Below, piece after piece: positions 26,391 to 35,477 of a stretch of DNA of 50,664 nt. The first letter of the stretch is position 1. Every line of letters starts with the position of its first letter. Under the pieces are notes generated by a model, which was not told the DNA's origin, did not search any database, and worked only from the letters and a program-made list of their open reading frames with translations. This stretch comes from a virus (Duplodnaviria; Caudoviricetes), in the IMG/VR virus record IMGVR_UViG_3300033149_003997, positions 1-50,664 of that record. The stretch is one strand, 5' to 3'. The translations under genes were made by a program, and so were the position numbers.

Positions 26391-26674
26391 TGTGCGCGTA
26401 AAGACATGGGGCTTTATTTGGAAAGTCACTGCGTCGGCGGATGCACACAACGATAAACGCATGACGTACACCAAGTTGATAATAACCCAAGACCCGTTAG
26501 GGGCAGATGTTCCTTCGCGTGCCATACAGGTGATAACCGGCGGTGAAGAGCCAGGGGAGAACTGGAAACTCGCTGCAGAATATGCCGTCATGCTGGAGCG
26601 CATGGAATACCTCGGCGAGTTCCACGCAACCCTGGAAGGGTCACAAGCAGAGGGCGAAGAGGAGTGCGTGAGCA

Positions 26675-27493
26675 ATGGCGGCTAAGCAGATAAAGCAAGC
26701 TGATCCTGAGCGGTTAAGCGGGATGATCGTGGCAGAAGAACCGAGTGTGCCTAAGTCTGCCTTGGTCGTGCCTGCAGCTCTCGAGGGGCGCATTGACAGG
26801 ATCATCCTTGAGTATCGGCAACGGACCAGACTCAAGACCCATGGCCTAGAACATCGTCGGAAGGTTTTGCTCATCGGTCCCCCGGGCACTGGCAAAACCA
26901 TGACCGCGAAGGTGCTATCTCATGAACTGCGGCTACCGTTGTACACCATTCAGATAGATCGTTTGATCACCAAGTTCATGGGAGAAACCAGCGCCAAGCT
27001 GCGGCAGATATTCGACCTCATGCAAAGCGAAGAAGCGGGCGTCTATCTCTTTGACGAGTTCGACGCCATCGGCGGAGAGCGTTCTCTGGAAAACGATGTG
27101 GGCGAAATGCGCCGGGTGCTAAATTCCTTTTTGCAGTTTATCGAGCAGGATTCATCTGACAGTCTCATAGTGGCAGCCACTAACAACCCGAATTTGCTGG
27201 ATCGGGCTCTCTTTCGCAGGTTTGATGATGTGTTGTACTATGAGCGCCCATCAGATGAGGAGCGGAAGTACTTGATTGAGAATCTGTTGGGTCCCTACCA
27301 AGGGCAGTGGCTGGAACAGACAATTAAGGACAGCCGCGACCTGAGCCAAGCGGAAATTGCCCGCGCCTGCCGAGACGCTATCAAGACCGCCGTATTGGCG
27401 GGGCGCAACAAAGTATGTGCAACCGAACTACTCTATGCGCTGAGGATCTGTAGGGATGTCTACCGCGAGGAGGGTTCACAGTGTACGAGCTAG
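26675..27493 (+). CDS. AAA+ ATPase, IetA-like (orphan)
   Basis: GPPGTGKT Walker A; KFMGETSAKLRQIF; YLFDEFDAIG Walker B; DVGEMRRVLNSFLQ; AATN...LDRALFRRFD. Confidence 0.85.
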   Translation: MAAKQIKQADPERLSGMIVAEEPSVPKSALVVPAALEGRIDRIILEYRQRTRLKTHGLEHRRKVLLIGPPGTGKTMTAKVLSHELRLPLYTIQIDRLITKFMGETSAKLRQIFDLMQSEEAGVYLFDEFDAIGGERSLENDVGEMRRVLNSFLQFIEQDSSDSLIVAATNNPNLLDRALFRRFDDVLYYERPSDEERKYLIENLLGPYQGQWLEQTIKDSRDLSQAEIARACRDAIKTAVLAGRNKVCATELLYALRICRDVYREEGSQCTS

Positions 27494-28002
27494 GACAGCG
27501 AGTCATCATTAGGCGGCTGCTGGAGCGGAGGAATCGGCGGTGGGTGCGCAAGGAGAGGTTTGTTCAGGGCATCGTGGTTGGGAAACGACGGTTGCGGGGT
27601 GTTATCGGGTTTCCGGGGAAACTGGCCGAGGTGTTCATGATTGCACACGACTTGGAGTGCGATTTCACCTACGTTCTCCCTGAAGACGTTGAACTCTCTG
27701 GTGAGCGGGAGGCTGTCGAATTTGCTGAGGAAGCATTGGAGGTTCCCGGAGTCCTAGCCGTTGGGGTTATTTACGGCGTACAGAACGAGGATGGCGACGA
27801 TGTACTGCGGGCGGAAGTAGTGGTTGACAAAAGCACTAGTCCTGCGGTGCGGAGAGTACACGAGATCGCTAGCTACTACCAGACTGAGGGGGTTGCGTAC
27901 ATTGATGTTTCAGTCATACCCACCGTACCCGGGTACGCTCCGGGCGATTTACTTGTGGGTATGACGTGTGTGTTCACCAAGGAGGGGGAAGTCGATGGGT
28001 GA
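27481..28002 (+). CDS. Hypothetical protein
   Basis: GGAGG RBS; 173 aa. Confidence 0.6.
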   Translation: MYELGQRVIIRRLLERRNRRWVRKERFVQGIVVGKRRLRGVIGFPGKLAEVFMIAHDLECDFTYVLPEDVELSGEREAVEFAEEALEVPGVLAVGVIYGVQNEDGDDVLRAEVVVDKSTSPAVRRVHEIASYYQTEGVAYIDVSVIPTVPGYAPGDLLVGMTCVFTKEGEVDG

Positions 28003-28202
28003 GGGCGCTGATTTGCTGGGGAAGCGGGTGCGTGTGGCCGCAACCCTCAAAGGCATGGTGATGGGGATGCGCGAGCCTGATGACGGCAAGTGTTTTGTGA
28101 CTATTCAGCAACAGATGATTGAGGTACCCCAAGGTGCGTTGGAAATCATGGAGGACGGCACGGACATGCCCTTTGTGCCCCTCGTGCCTGGAGGTGTTTT
28201 CT

Positions 28203-28499
28203 ATGGCTCTTAAGTGGGAGTTACGACCGATTAACGGGGTCTATGCCCCAAAGGAGTTGCTACGGGTGGGATGTTTTTTGGACTCTGACCATGCAATAAT
28301 TACCCCCTCAGGATACGGTCGTTGCTACATCCAGGAGGGACGGGGCGAGTACCGTTGGTCGTGTAAACGAACGATTGGCGATACCGAGATTTGTGCATCT
28401 GGCACTGAATACAGCGTGGCAGATGCCAAGGCCGAGGTCGAACGTCTATGGTCACTGCTCGATTCGGCCTACGGAGAGCCGGACGACAATGAAGCTTAA
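28203..28499 (+). CDS. Hypothetical protein, 'AKAE-W' paralog family
   Basis: MALKWE...EYRWS...SVADAKAEVERLWSLL. Confidence 0.65.
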   Translation: MALKWELRPINGVYAPKELLRVGCFLDSDHAIITPSGYGRCYIQEGRGEYRWSCKRTIGDTEICASGTEYSVADAKAEVERLWSLLDSAYGEPDDNEA

Positions 28500-28630
28500 G
28501 TGGGAGCACAACACGTGGCCCGACCCATTTTATGCTTACGGGCCGGGCGGACGACGTAGATGCGGCTAAGGCGGAGATCGAGGGGCTCTGGTCGGCTCTC
28601 GAATCGCTGTATGGGGAGGGGCCACGATGA
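28489..28630 (+). pseudogene. Internally deleted, frameshifted paralog of 28203
   Basis: MKLKWEH... in one frame (stop at 28569); DVDAAKAEIEGLWSALESLYGEG in another frame (stop at 28630). Confidence 0.6.
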
Positions 28631-28787
28631 TCTGGCGCTATTGTCCTCATGTGATATTTTGTCTCTCGATTGTGTGTTGCGTGCTTTCGTTTTGGATAGC
28701 AGACCCGATATACGCAATTTCGCTAGGTATTGCGGGTGGTGGCATGGCACTAGCGTCGCTCTTGATTATCGTAGAGGAGGGGTTGAA

Positions 28788-29264
28788 GTGAACTGGCAAC
28801 TGATAGAACACAAGGACGGAGAGCAACCACCCTTGTTGATGGTTCGACCTCAGTTTATACAACACGATGAACTACACGTGTATGGCAACCGCGATGGTTT
28901 GAAGGTTCTGCGGGACGCTCTTGATATCGCGATCTCGCTAGGGTGCGACAGCATGTCGGAGTGGGTATGTGCACCGGACGGCGAGGGGTACCACGTTGAA
29001 ATCAATCTCGATAATTCGCACTGGCAAGGTGAGAGCTGGCAGAAGCGCGTGGATGATTTGGTCTACCTCTTCCCCTGGGGTGATAGACGGTGCGCAGAGT
29101 GTGAACTATGGGTTCATGCGAAGTGCGACAACTGCGGAGAGTCAATGGTTCTTGTCTCTTACGAAGGAGGGCGGGATTTCGGCTTATCGCACTTGATTCC
29201 GCCGGAGTGGGAAGTCCGCAACTTTCGTCTACTTTGTCCTGAATGCGCGGAGGAGGATTCCTGA
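28788..29264 (+). CDS. Hypothetical protein with C-terminal Cys motifs
   Basis: GTG after GAGGAGG; CAEC, CDNC and CPEC. Confidence 0.6.
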   Translation: MNWQLIEHKDGEQPPLLMVRPQFIQHDELHVYGNRDGLKVLRDALDIAISLGCDSMSEWVCAPDGEGYHVEINLDNSHWQGESWQKRVDDLVYLFPWGDRRCAECELWVHAKCDNCGESMVLVSYEGGRDFGLSHLIPPEWEVRNFRLLCPECAEEDS

Positions 29265-29554
29265 TGAACCAGCCGGAGCCGATTTGCTACCCAGAGGAAG
29301 ATTTTGCCCCCACCAAGTGCTGTGGCACGTGTAAATGGGGTCTGGAACTCCGCGCAGGAGATGATTACTACCTGGGCACCTATTGCTTCACGCGCTGGGC
29401 TTTTGTGGATTCGGAGTATTACTGCTCGGAGTATGATGCAGTTGATCTCTCCAAACGACCAGCAAAGCAGATTCTTAGGGTTTCTTCTACGCAGCCACAT
29501 ACCTTGGTAGATAGCTGGGGCGACACGCTGGCCCTTGTACAGGAGCCACAATGA
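29264..29554 (+). CDS. Cys-rich hypothetical protein, paralog of 29551
   Basis: CGTCKW...YCF...C; LVDSWG. Confidence 0.6.
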   Translation: MNQPEPICYPEEDFAPTKCCGTCKWGLELRAGDDYYLGTYCFTRWAFVDSEYYCSEYDAVDLSKRPAKQILRVSSTQPHTLVDSWGDTLALVQEPQ

Positions 29555-29778
29555 ATCTCTGTGGCGGCTGTAAATGGGCGATCGACTTCCAGCCATCTCA
29601 CCGTGGACGAATATACTGCTTCGTTTATGGTGAGTTCGTAAGTCCGCCGCAATTATGTGACTACATCAAATCTGGTGAGCCACAAGTTATCAAGATCGCT
29701 CCTGCGCTGGTGGACGGGGTTGGCAATGAGTTGAGAGTCACGGAGGGGGACAGCCATGGAACTAGTGTTAGTAACTGA
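29551..29778 (+). CDS. Cys-rich hypothetical protein, paralog of 29264
   Basis: CGGCKW...YCF...C; LVDGVG. Confidence 0.6.
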   Translation: MNLCGGCKWAIDFQPSHRGRIYCFVYGEFVSPPQLCDYIKSGEPQVIKIAPALVDGVGNELRVTEGDSHGTSVSN

Positions 29779-30450
29779 GCTAGACGAAGCTGCGGATCAG
29801 GTGCGGCAGGCCCGGAACCGCTGGAACGAGATAGCGGGCTCCAACGCCGCTTACCACGATGCGGCCCTGTTGGAGTTGAGGGCGGCGGAATTGCGGTACG
29901 GCGAACTGCTCAGAAGGGTGAAAGGAGGGGCGGTAGCGTGAGAGACTGGGAACTTGAAAGCGGAAGAAGCTACGGCAATTCGGCGGTATGGGCTCCTTTT
30001 GAGTACGAGGTGAGTGTGGCTTTTATAAAGGCCTCATTCTACCCTGACAAGGAAGACGCTATCCAGGACGCAAGGGTAGAGCTCGAATTAGAGGACGATG
30101 TGGAGCCTTGTTCAGTTGAGTTAGGGCAACTACAGTGGGTTCCGGATGACGGAACCGAGGGGTTCGCGTTTAAGGTATGGTTGGTTAGATTCTGAGAGGT
30201 GGAGCGGCGTGACCGGGGAAATAATAGGGTTCATCATATCCATGGCTTTACTTCTTGGGTTGTATATCCTGTGCGAAGGACTAACGACGCCTCGAAACCC
30301 GATCTGCACCAGGTGTGGCAGAGAGATTGAACATAGCCCGCACCTGAACCTGACGACATATTCATGTATCCACCTCGAGCCGGTCAAGCATAGGCTGTGT
30401 CTGTCATGTCAGGCGGATTTGCACGGGTTTCTGGCGAGGAAGGGAGCGGC

Positions 30451-31155
30451 ATGAAGGAAACAGACCTCTACCCACCCGTAAAACAGTGGCTGGAGGAACA
30501 GGGATACGAGGTATATCCCGAAATCCCAATAGGCAGCTCGGGCGCGGTCGCGGATGTGGTAGGGGTTAGGGAAGACGACGACGGAGCGCCAATAATTGTT
30601 ATAGTCGAACTCAAAACCTCACTCAGCCTTGCTCTGATGGAGCAGTGCCATAAGTGGCGAAAGCGCGCACATCTCATATATGCGGCGGTTCCAGCGTTGC
30701 AGCGTCGGCAGTGGCCTCGCCCAGGCTTGCGGTATTTGAGAATGGACGGCACGGGGTTATTGGAAATCGAGGAACGATACAACTTTGACACAAAGGAGAC
30801 CTATCTAAAAGCTCAAAAAACGGAATCTGCTAAATGGGAAGACGACGTGAGCCTTGCATGGTTGAGCGATCTCACTGATCTACATAAGACTTGGACTGTG
30901 GGTGGAACCGGCAAAGGCGGATACTTATCGCAATATCGACTAACAATGCTCGGCATTCGCGAGTATTTAGAGGCACGCAGCCCGGAATGGGTTGCGGTCA
31001 AGCAGATCGCGAAAGAATGCCCCCACCACTATCAAAGCCGCTATCCGTACAACTCGATTGCTAGAGCATTGGGTTTCATTGAAGATTGGGCCGAGACGAA
31101 GCTGGTTGAGGACGAACTCTGTGCACGGGTTAAGCCGGAGGGGGGAGCGGCGTGA
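30451..31155 (+). CDS. DUF2161-like PD-(D/E)XK-fold protein
   Basis: MKETDLYPPVKQWLEEQGYEV...ADVV...IVELKT...Q. Confidence 0.7.
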   Translation: MKETDLYPPVKQWLEEQGYEVYPEIPIGSSGAVADVVGVREDDDGAPIIVIVELKTSLSLALMEQCHKWRKRAHLIYAAVPALQRRQWPRPGLRYLRMDGTGLLEIEERYNFDTKETYLKAQKTESAKWEDDVSLAWLSDLTDLHKTWTVGGTGKGGYLSQYRLTMLGIREYLEARSPEWVAVKQIAKECPHHYQSRYPYNSIARALGFIEDWAETKLVEDELCARVKPEGGAA

Positions 31156-31577
31156 AGGAAACAGACCTCTACGCTCCGGTGAAACAGTGGCTGGAAAACA
31201 AAGGATATGAGGTATATGCTGAGGTGCAGCTATCTGCGTGTGGGCCAATCGCGGATGTTGTTGCTGTCAAGGCGGGGCCGGAGGTGGTCATAGTAGAGCT
31301 GAAGACCATGTTCGGTCTGCCTTTGCTGGAACAAACGCACAAACGGCGGCACCTTGCTCATTGGATCTATGCAGCGGTGCCCGCGCCCAAGGACACCGGG
31401 TGGCGGCACGGATATCGATATTTAGAACTAGATGGGACTGGGCTTTTGCAGGTGTTTCCTCGTGGCATCATATCCGAGGTTGTTCCGCCAGCAAAGTGCG
31501 ACGCGCCGTGGGTGGAATGGGTGAATACGCTTTGTGAGGCTCATAAGCTGGCCATTGGTGGTACTGCGTATCAGTAA
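31152..31577 (+). CDS. Second, shorter DUF2161-like PD-(D/E)XK-fold protein
   Basis: MKETDLYAPVKQWLENKGYEV...ADVV...IVELKT; tandem duplicate lacking the C-terminal domain. Confidence 0.7.
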   Translation: MKETDLYAPVKQWLENKGYEVYAEVQLSACGPIADVVAVKAGPEVVIVELKTMFGLPLLEQTHKRRHLAHWIYAAVPAPKDTGWRHGYRYLELDGTGLLQVFPRGIISEVVPPAKCDAPWVEWVNTLCEAHKLAIGGTAYQ

Positions 31578-32066
31578 GGAGAGGGGGGGGAGGGGGGGTT
31601 GAGCGGCGTGAAGCCAGATATCCATCCCCGCTGTAGGCACAAAGGGTGCAACAATTACGTTCTGCTTGAGCACTCGTCCGAATGCGCGGAATGCTTTGGT
31701 CGCAGGATGGCGCGTTGGCGGAATGACCTTGTTGAGGGGCGCAGAGGGGCCATCTTTTTCTGCAAGATCGCCGATGACGGTACTGGAGGCGAGTGCGATT
31801 CCCGCACGAAGCCCGAAGACTTCTGGACTGGAGAGGAGGATGCCGATGAGTGACGCACGAGTACAGATGTGTGTTGATGCACTGGTAAGCGACCTAGAAA
31901 AACTGGATTGGGATGGCCGATGGAGCCTTGCGGATATTTCGGCATGGGAATGCGATGTTTGGGGTAATGAAGAGTGGACATCTGATGCATTTCAGGATGC
32001 ACTGTTGCGACTGGCTAGCATAGCCATGATCCTCTGGTATAAACGTCAAAAGAGAGGAGAAGGCCG

Positions 32067-32339
32067 ATGAGTGATGCTATCGAAATCCGCCCTGAACTCC
32101 TTGAGTTTGCGCGGGCGATTGAGAAGACGCTGCGGAGAAACGATTGGAAGCGTCCGCAGTGGCAGGAGATGAGGGTTTGGGTGTTGAGTGGTCTCCTGGG
32201 TGAAGAGGAATTAGAGTTGCTGAAAGCGGTTCGTAGCCAAGACCCCAATGCAATATGCGCTGAGATACAAAATGTCGCAGCCATCTATATGATGCTCTGG
32301 CACAAGTACAAGGAGGGGGAGGGTAATGCGAATCCATAA
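32067..32339 (+). CDS. Hypothetical helical protein (possibly MazG-like fold)
   Basis: LGEEELEL...AEIQNVAAI pattern. Confidence 0.5.
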   Translation: MSDAIEIRPELLEFARAIEKTLRRNDWKRPQWQEMRVWVLSGLLGEEELELLKAVRSQDPNAICAEIQNVAAIYMMLWHKYKEGEGNANP

Positions 32340-32601
32340 TCTCAAACAGACATGTTGCGCATATCCGTCGCAGTGGGAAGCCGAGACCGAGGATGGTCAG
32401 TGTGTGTACATACGATATCGTTGGGGGGAGCTCAAGATCGGAGTAGCCCCAACTATGTTTGAGGCCATAAAAACAGGTGAGATAGTGCTCTATTCAGGCG
32501 ACCCCTACGGGGGCTATATGGAGACAGATCAGATGCTGTCTCTGGCAGAACTGACGCTAGTCGGCGAAGGAAAGGAGGAGGGGGAGGGCAATGGCCGATA
32601 A
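32326..32601 (+). CDS. Hypothetical protein
   Basis: TCCAYPSQWE...YIRYRWG; strong RBS. Confidence 0.6.
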   Translation: MRIHNLKQTCCAYPSQWEAETEDGQCVYIRYRWGELKIGVAPTMFEAIKTGEIVLYSGDPYGGYMETDQMLSLAELTLVGEGKEEGEGNGR

Positions 32602-33052
32602 TGCCCCACTCACAGTTGAAGGGTTTATTGTACTACTTACTGCGGGTATCGTACTGGGAGGTGTTCTGGCCGGTATTGGAATTAACTTTGACACCGATAA
32701 TATCGAACACAAACCCAAAGAAAGACCCCAAGGCACAGTGCGCACCATAGTATCCTCATGGATAGGGGTTTTGGGGTTGATATGCATGGCTATATGCTGG
32801 CTTACGGGTTCCGAGATATGGGGGTATCTAGCGGCGCTTGGGTCACCCTTTTCTTTTTGTTATCTCATGGAAGCAACCTGCGATGCCACGGGACGGCTAA
32901 GGCGCTTCTTCAAAGCCCAACCCACAACACTCCCGCCGCTAAACACTAAAAACATGCTACGAGCTGCGCAGAAGGCGGTCTCGGTACTGACTAATCTACT
33001 AATCTGGGTGGCCCGGTATACTCATCACCAGTTGGACAAGCTCTTTAACTAA
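32591..33052 (+). CDS. Membrane protein
   Basis: Three hydrophobic segments. Confidence 0.6.
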   Translation: MADNAPLTVEGFIVLLTAGIVLGGVLAGIGINFDTDNIEHKPKERPQGTVRTIVSSWIGVLGLICMAICWLTGSEIWGYLAALGSPFSFCYLMEATCDATGRLRRFFKAQPTTLPPLNTKNMLRAAQKAVSVLTNLLIWVARYTHHQLDKLFN

Positions 33053-33068
33053 TCTAGGAGGGGTTACG

Positions 33069-33392
33069 ATGACTTTGCTTTATGGTGTCTTGTTTGTGTC
33101 TCTGTCCGTCGGCGTGGCCTATGGAATCTATCGCTATCTACAGTACAAGAACCCCAGCGTAGTATGTCCTATCTGCGGGGCTCCCTGCTTTGGGCTATGT
33201 GCCGTGAAAGATATTAAGGGCATGATCTGGCAGGGCTGTCCGGCATGCTTAGGGCGGCTACTCTCGGCTACCTTCTTAAACCCTACTAGCCTAGCGGAGG
33301 CCTTGCTCGGCACAAAGAACAGGGTTCGCAAGGTGCAAGAGCTGGGGCCTGCGGCAAAGGAGGAACCGTCAAATGCGGGTCATAGTGACTGA
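33069..33392 (+). CDS. Membrane-anchored Zn-finger protein
   Basis: N-terminal TM segment; CPIC...CPAC. Confidence 0.6.
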   Translation: MTLLYGVLFVSLSVGVAYGIYRYLQYKNPSVVCPICGAPCFGLCAVKDIKGMIWQGCPACLGRLLSATFLNPTSLAEALLGTKNRVRKVQELGPAAKEEPSNAGHSD

Positions 33393-33621
33393 CCACGCTA
33401 GGGAGAGATACAAGGAGCACGGGGGGAAGGGCCGACTTTCCGCGCTAAGGATAGCAAAGCACCTACACCCCATGCTCCGTACCGGTATTATACCCCGCAA
33501 GGACCTGAGCGTAGAAGTTGGAATCTACCCGGGCTTAGCCGCCGTTTGTGTCCCAAACCAATGGGGCGGTTGGGTAGCGGTTACTTGTGTCGATCGGAGG
33601 GCGGAAGCTCGTGGGGCGTAG
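33373..33621 (+). CDS. Hypothetical protein
   Basis: MRVIVTDHARERY...VAVTC; AGGAGG RBS. Confidence 0.6.
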   Translation: MRVIVTDHARERYKEHGGKGRLSALRIAKHLHPMLRTGIIPRKDLSVEVGIYPGLAAVCVPNQWGGWVAVTCVDRRAEARGA

Positions 33622-33985
33622 GTGGGTCTTCACCGTACCGGGTAGGCCGATTCCGAAGGCGCGGCACCGCCATGGTCAAGGGCGTGCGTATGATCCACCC
33701 AAAAACCAAGCGTATGCTGAACAGGTGCGGTGGGCAGCTCTTTCCGCCGGCCTCAAACCCGTTAAAGCCGCCGAGGTTAACTTGCACATTTATTGCGAGG
33801 ACAGACGTTATGGAGATATCGACAACTACCGCAAGGCTGTAACGGATGCCTTACATGGAATAGCCTGGAAGAACGACCGGGTCATATGGGGCGGGACCAC
33901 TACCCGGCATTTAGCCGATCCCGCCACTGCGCGTGTTGAGGTTGAAATTCGAGAAGTGAATGAGGAGGATTACTATGTTCTCTAA
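33611..33985 (+). CDS. rusA: RusA-family Holliday junction resolvase
   Basis: VPGRPIPKAR; DIDNYRKAVTDAL; WKND. Confidence 0.88.
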   Translation: MGRRWVFTVPGRPIPKARHRHGQGRAYDPPKNQAYAEQVRWAALSAGLKPVKAAEVNLHIYCEDRRYGDIDNYRKAVTDALHGIAWKNDRVIWGGTTTRHLADPATARVEVEIREVNEEDYYVL

Positions 33986-34325
33986 ACACCACGTAAAGAG
34001 CATCTACATCTCGGGTCCGTACACGGCGGAGACCGAGGAGCAAAAGAGGGCGAACATAGAGCGCGCTAACGAGGAAGCCCAGCGCTGGGCGCGGCAAGGG
34101 TACTTTGTCTACTGCCCCCACACGCAGACCGCCGACTGGGAGCACACATCCGGCCTTAAGTATGAGGACTTCCTGGCACAGGACATCTATTGGCTGTCGA
34201 AGTGCGACACCATTGCTCTCCTACCCGGCTGGGAGAAGAGCAAGGGTGCGTACATGGAGTACATCGTGGCTCGCGGGTTAGGCCTGCGGATAGTGCTCTG
34301 TGAGCAGGAGGGGGAAGGCGCATGA
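33975..34325 (+). CDS. DUF4406/DUF1937 nucleoside 2-deoxyribosyltransferase-like protein
   Basis: IYISGPYT...CPH...CDTIALLPGWEKSKGAYME. Confidence 0.8.
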   Translation: MFSKHHVKSIYISGPYTAETEEQKRANIERANEEAQRWARQGYFVYCPHTQTADWEHTSGLKYEDFLAQDIYWLSKCDTIALLPGWEKSKGAYMEYIVARGLGLRIVLCEQEGEGA

Positions 34326-34681
34326 TCTACTCACCGGAACGATTCGATGAGCTACGCCGGGAGATCGGTAACCGGCGCGAGGAAATCATGAAAGCCAAAG
34401 GCAGCGAATACGCCCCCGGCGGGGATCGGCTCAAGAACTTCCATGAAATCGCCGCCTTTATGGGCATATCCTCAAGTGAGGTTGCCCTGGTCTATCTGCT
34501 GAAGCACATCCAGAGCATTAAAGAGGCCGTGCGAACCGGGCGGATCGAGTGGTATTGGGAGACCACCACTGGTGAAGGGCTCAAACAGCGTGTAGCCGAT
34601 GCCATGAATCTCCTGGAGTTTGTGGCGGCTTGTATAGATGAGGAGGTCGCTTTTGTCCACGCCGGTGACGACCAAGACTAG
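34322..34681 (+). CDS. Nucleotide-modification-associated helical protein (dNTP diphosphohydrolase-like)
   Basis: KGSEYA...DRLKNF...LLKH...DAMN pattern. Confidence 0.55.
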   Translation: MIYSPERFDELRREIGNRREEIMKAKGSEYAPGGDRLKNFHEIAAFMGISSSEVALVYLLKHIQSIKEAVRTGRIEWYWETTTGEGLKQRVADAMNLLEFVAACIDEEVAFVHAGDDQD

Positions 34682-34695
34682 GAGGGACAAGCCGT

Positions 34696-35118
34696 ATGGC
34701 TTTACCCCCGAAGGTTAAAAACGAGATTGAATCACTACTCAGGGATTATCCCCTACTAAAGCAACTAGCAGAGGAAAGGCCCCAAGATTATGCCCTGCGC
34801 CACCTAGGCCGCAAACTAACAAAGGACTACATAAAAGCAGCTACACATGCAGATACAACCCAGAAAGCCGTTATGGAATTGGAAGGCGACGAAGAGTACC
34901 AGCAATCTTGCGCCATTGTGCGAGCCATTGAGGACGTGATGGAGTTCTTGCCGGACCGCCATACCGATCTCGTCCGACGCAGGTACTTCAAAAACGAACC
35001 ATGGATGGTCACATGTCGCGCCTTGAATTGCTCCACTACGGTCTATTATCGACTGAGGGATGAAGCACTGGGGCGTTTTGCGGTTCGAATGGGGCTTAGC
35101 GAGCCAATGATTGGGTAA
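34696..35118 (+). CDS. ArpU/RinA-family late transcriptional activator
   Basis: IESLLRDYP...AIEDVMEFL...RRRYF...C-terminal sigma-region-4-like HTH (TTVYYRLRDEAL); last gene of the early arm. Confidence 0.8.
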   Translation: MALPPKVKNEIESLLRDYPLLKQLAEERPQDYALRHLGRKLTKDYIKAATHADTTQKAVMELEGDEEYQQSCAIVRAIEDVMEFLPDRHTDLVRRRYFKNEPWMVTCRALNCSTTVYYRLRDEALGRFAVRMGLSEPMIG

Positions 35119-35227
35119 AATGGCCACAGAGGCGGCTGGCGTGCGCGAGGTGGCGAGAAAGTGTTTTACGAGGGTAATTGGTCTCGCATCGTATATTCAC
35201 GCCGTCTCAGGGCAAAATAGAAGGCCA

Positions 35228-35288
35228 TAAAAGACGAACACCCCCGAAAACCCGGTGGAGGCGGACCGAGTCTCGGGGGTGTCGTCTT
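35228..35288 (-). terminator. Long-stem terminator ending the late operon
   Basis: AAGACGACACCCCCGAGACUCGGU...ACCGGGUUUUCGGGGGUGUUCGUCUU-UUA on the minus strand. Confidence 0.7.
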
Positions 35289-35303
35289 GGGAGGGGGGTG
35301 TTG

Positions 35304-35477
35304 CTATCGGTGAGCGTCTACATACGCTTCACCGAAGATGTATCCGAGGATGGTGGCTGTGATCGCCAGCACAGCCTCGGTTGGTAGGTTAAGGTCGAGG
35401 CCTTGATTGGCGACAATCAACAACGCATTGGCTACCGCCAACCAGAACTTACGGCTAGTGAACTTTTGCTTCCACAT
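35304..35477 (-). CDS. Holin (57 aa), not in the ORF track
   Basis: MWKQKFTSRKFWLAVANALLIVANQGLDLNLPTEAVLAITATILGYIFGEAYVDAHR: SRKFW...GEAYVDA holin pattern, 2 TM segments, TAATG-coupled to the endolysin. Confidence 0.8.
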   Translation of the reverse strand: MWKQKFTSRKFWLAVANALLIVANQGLDLNLPTEAVLAITATILGYIFGEAYVDAHR

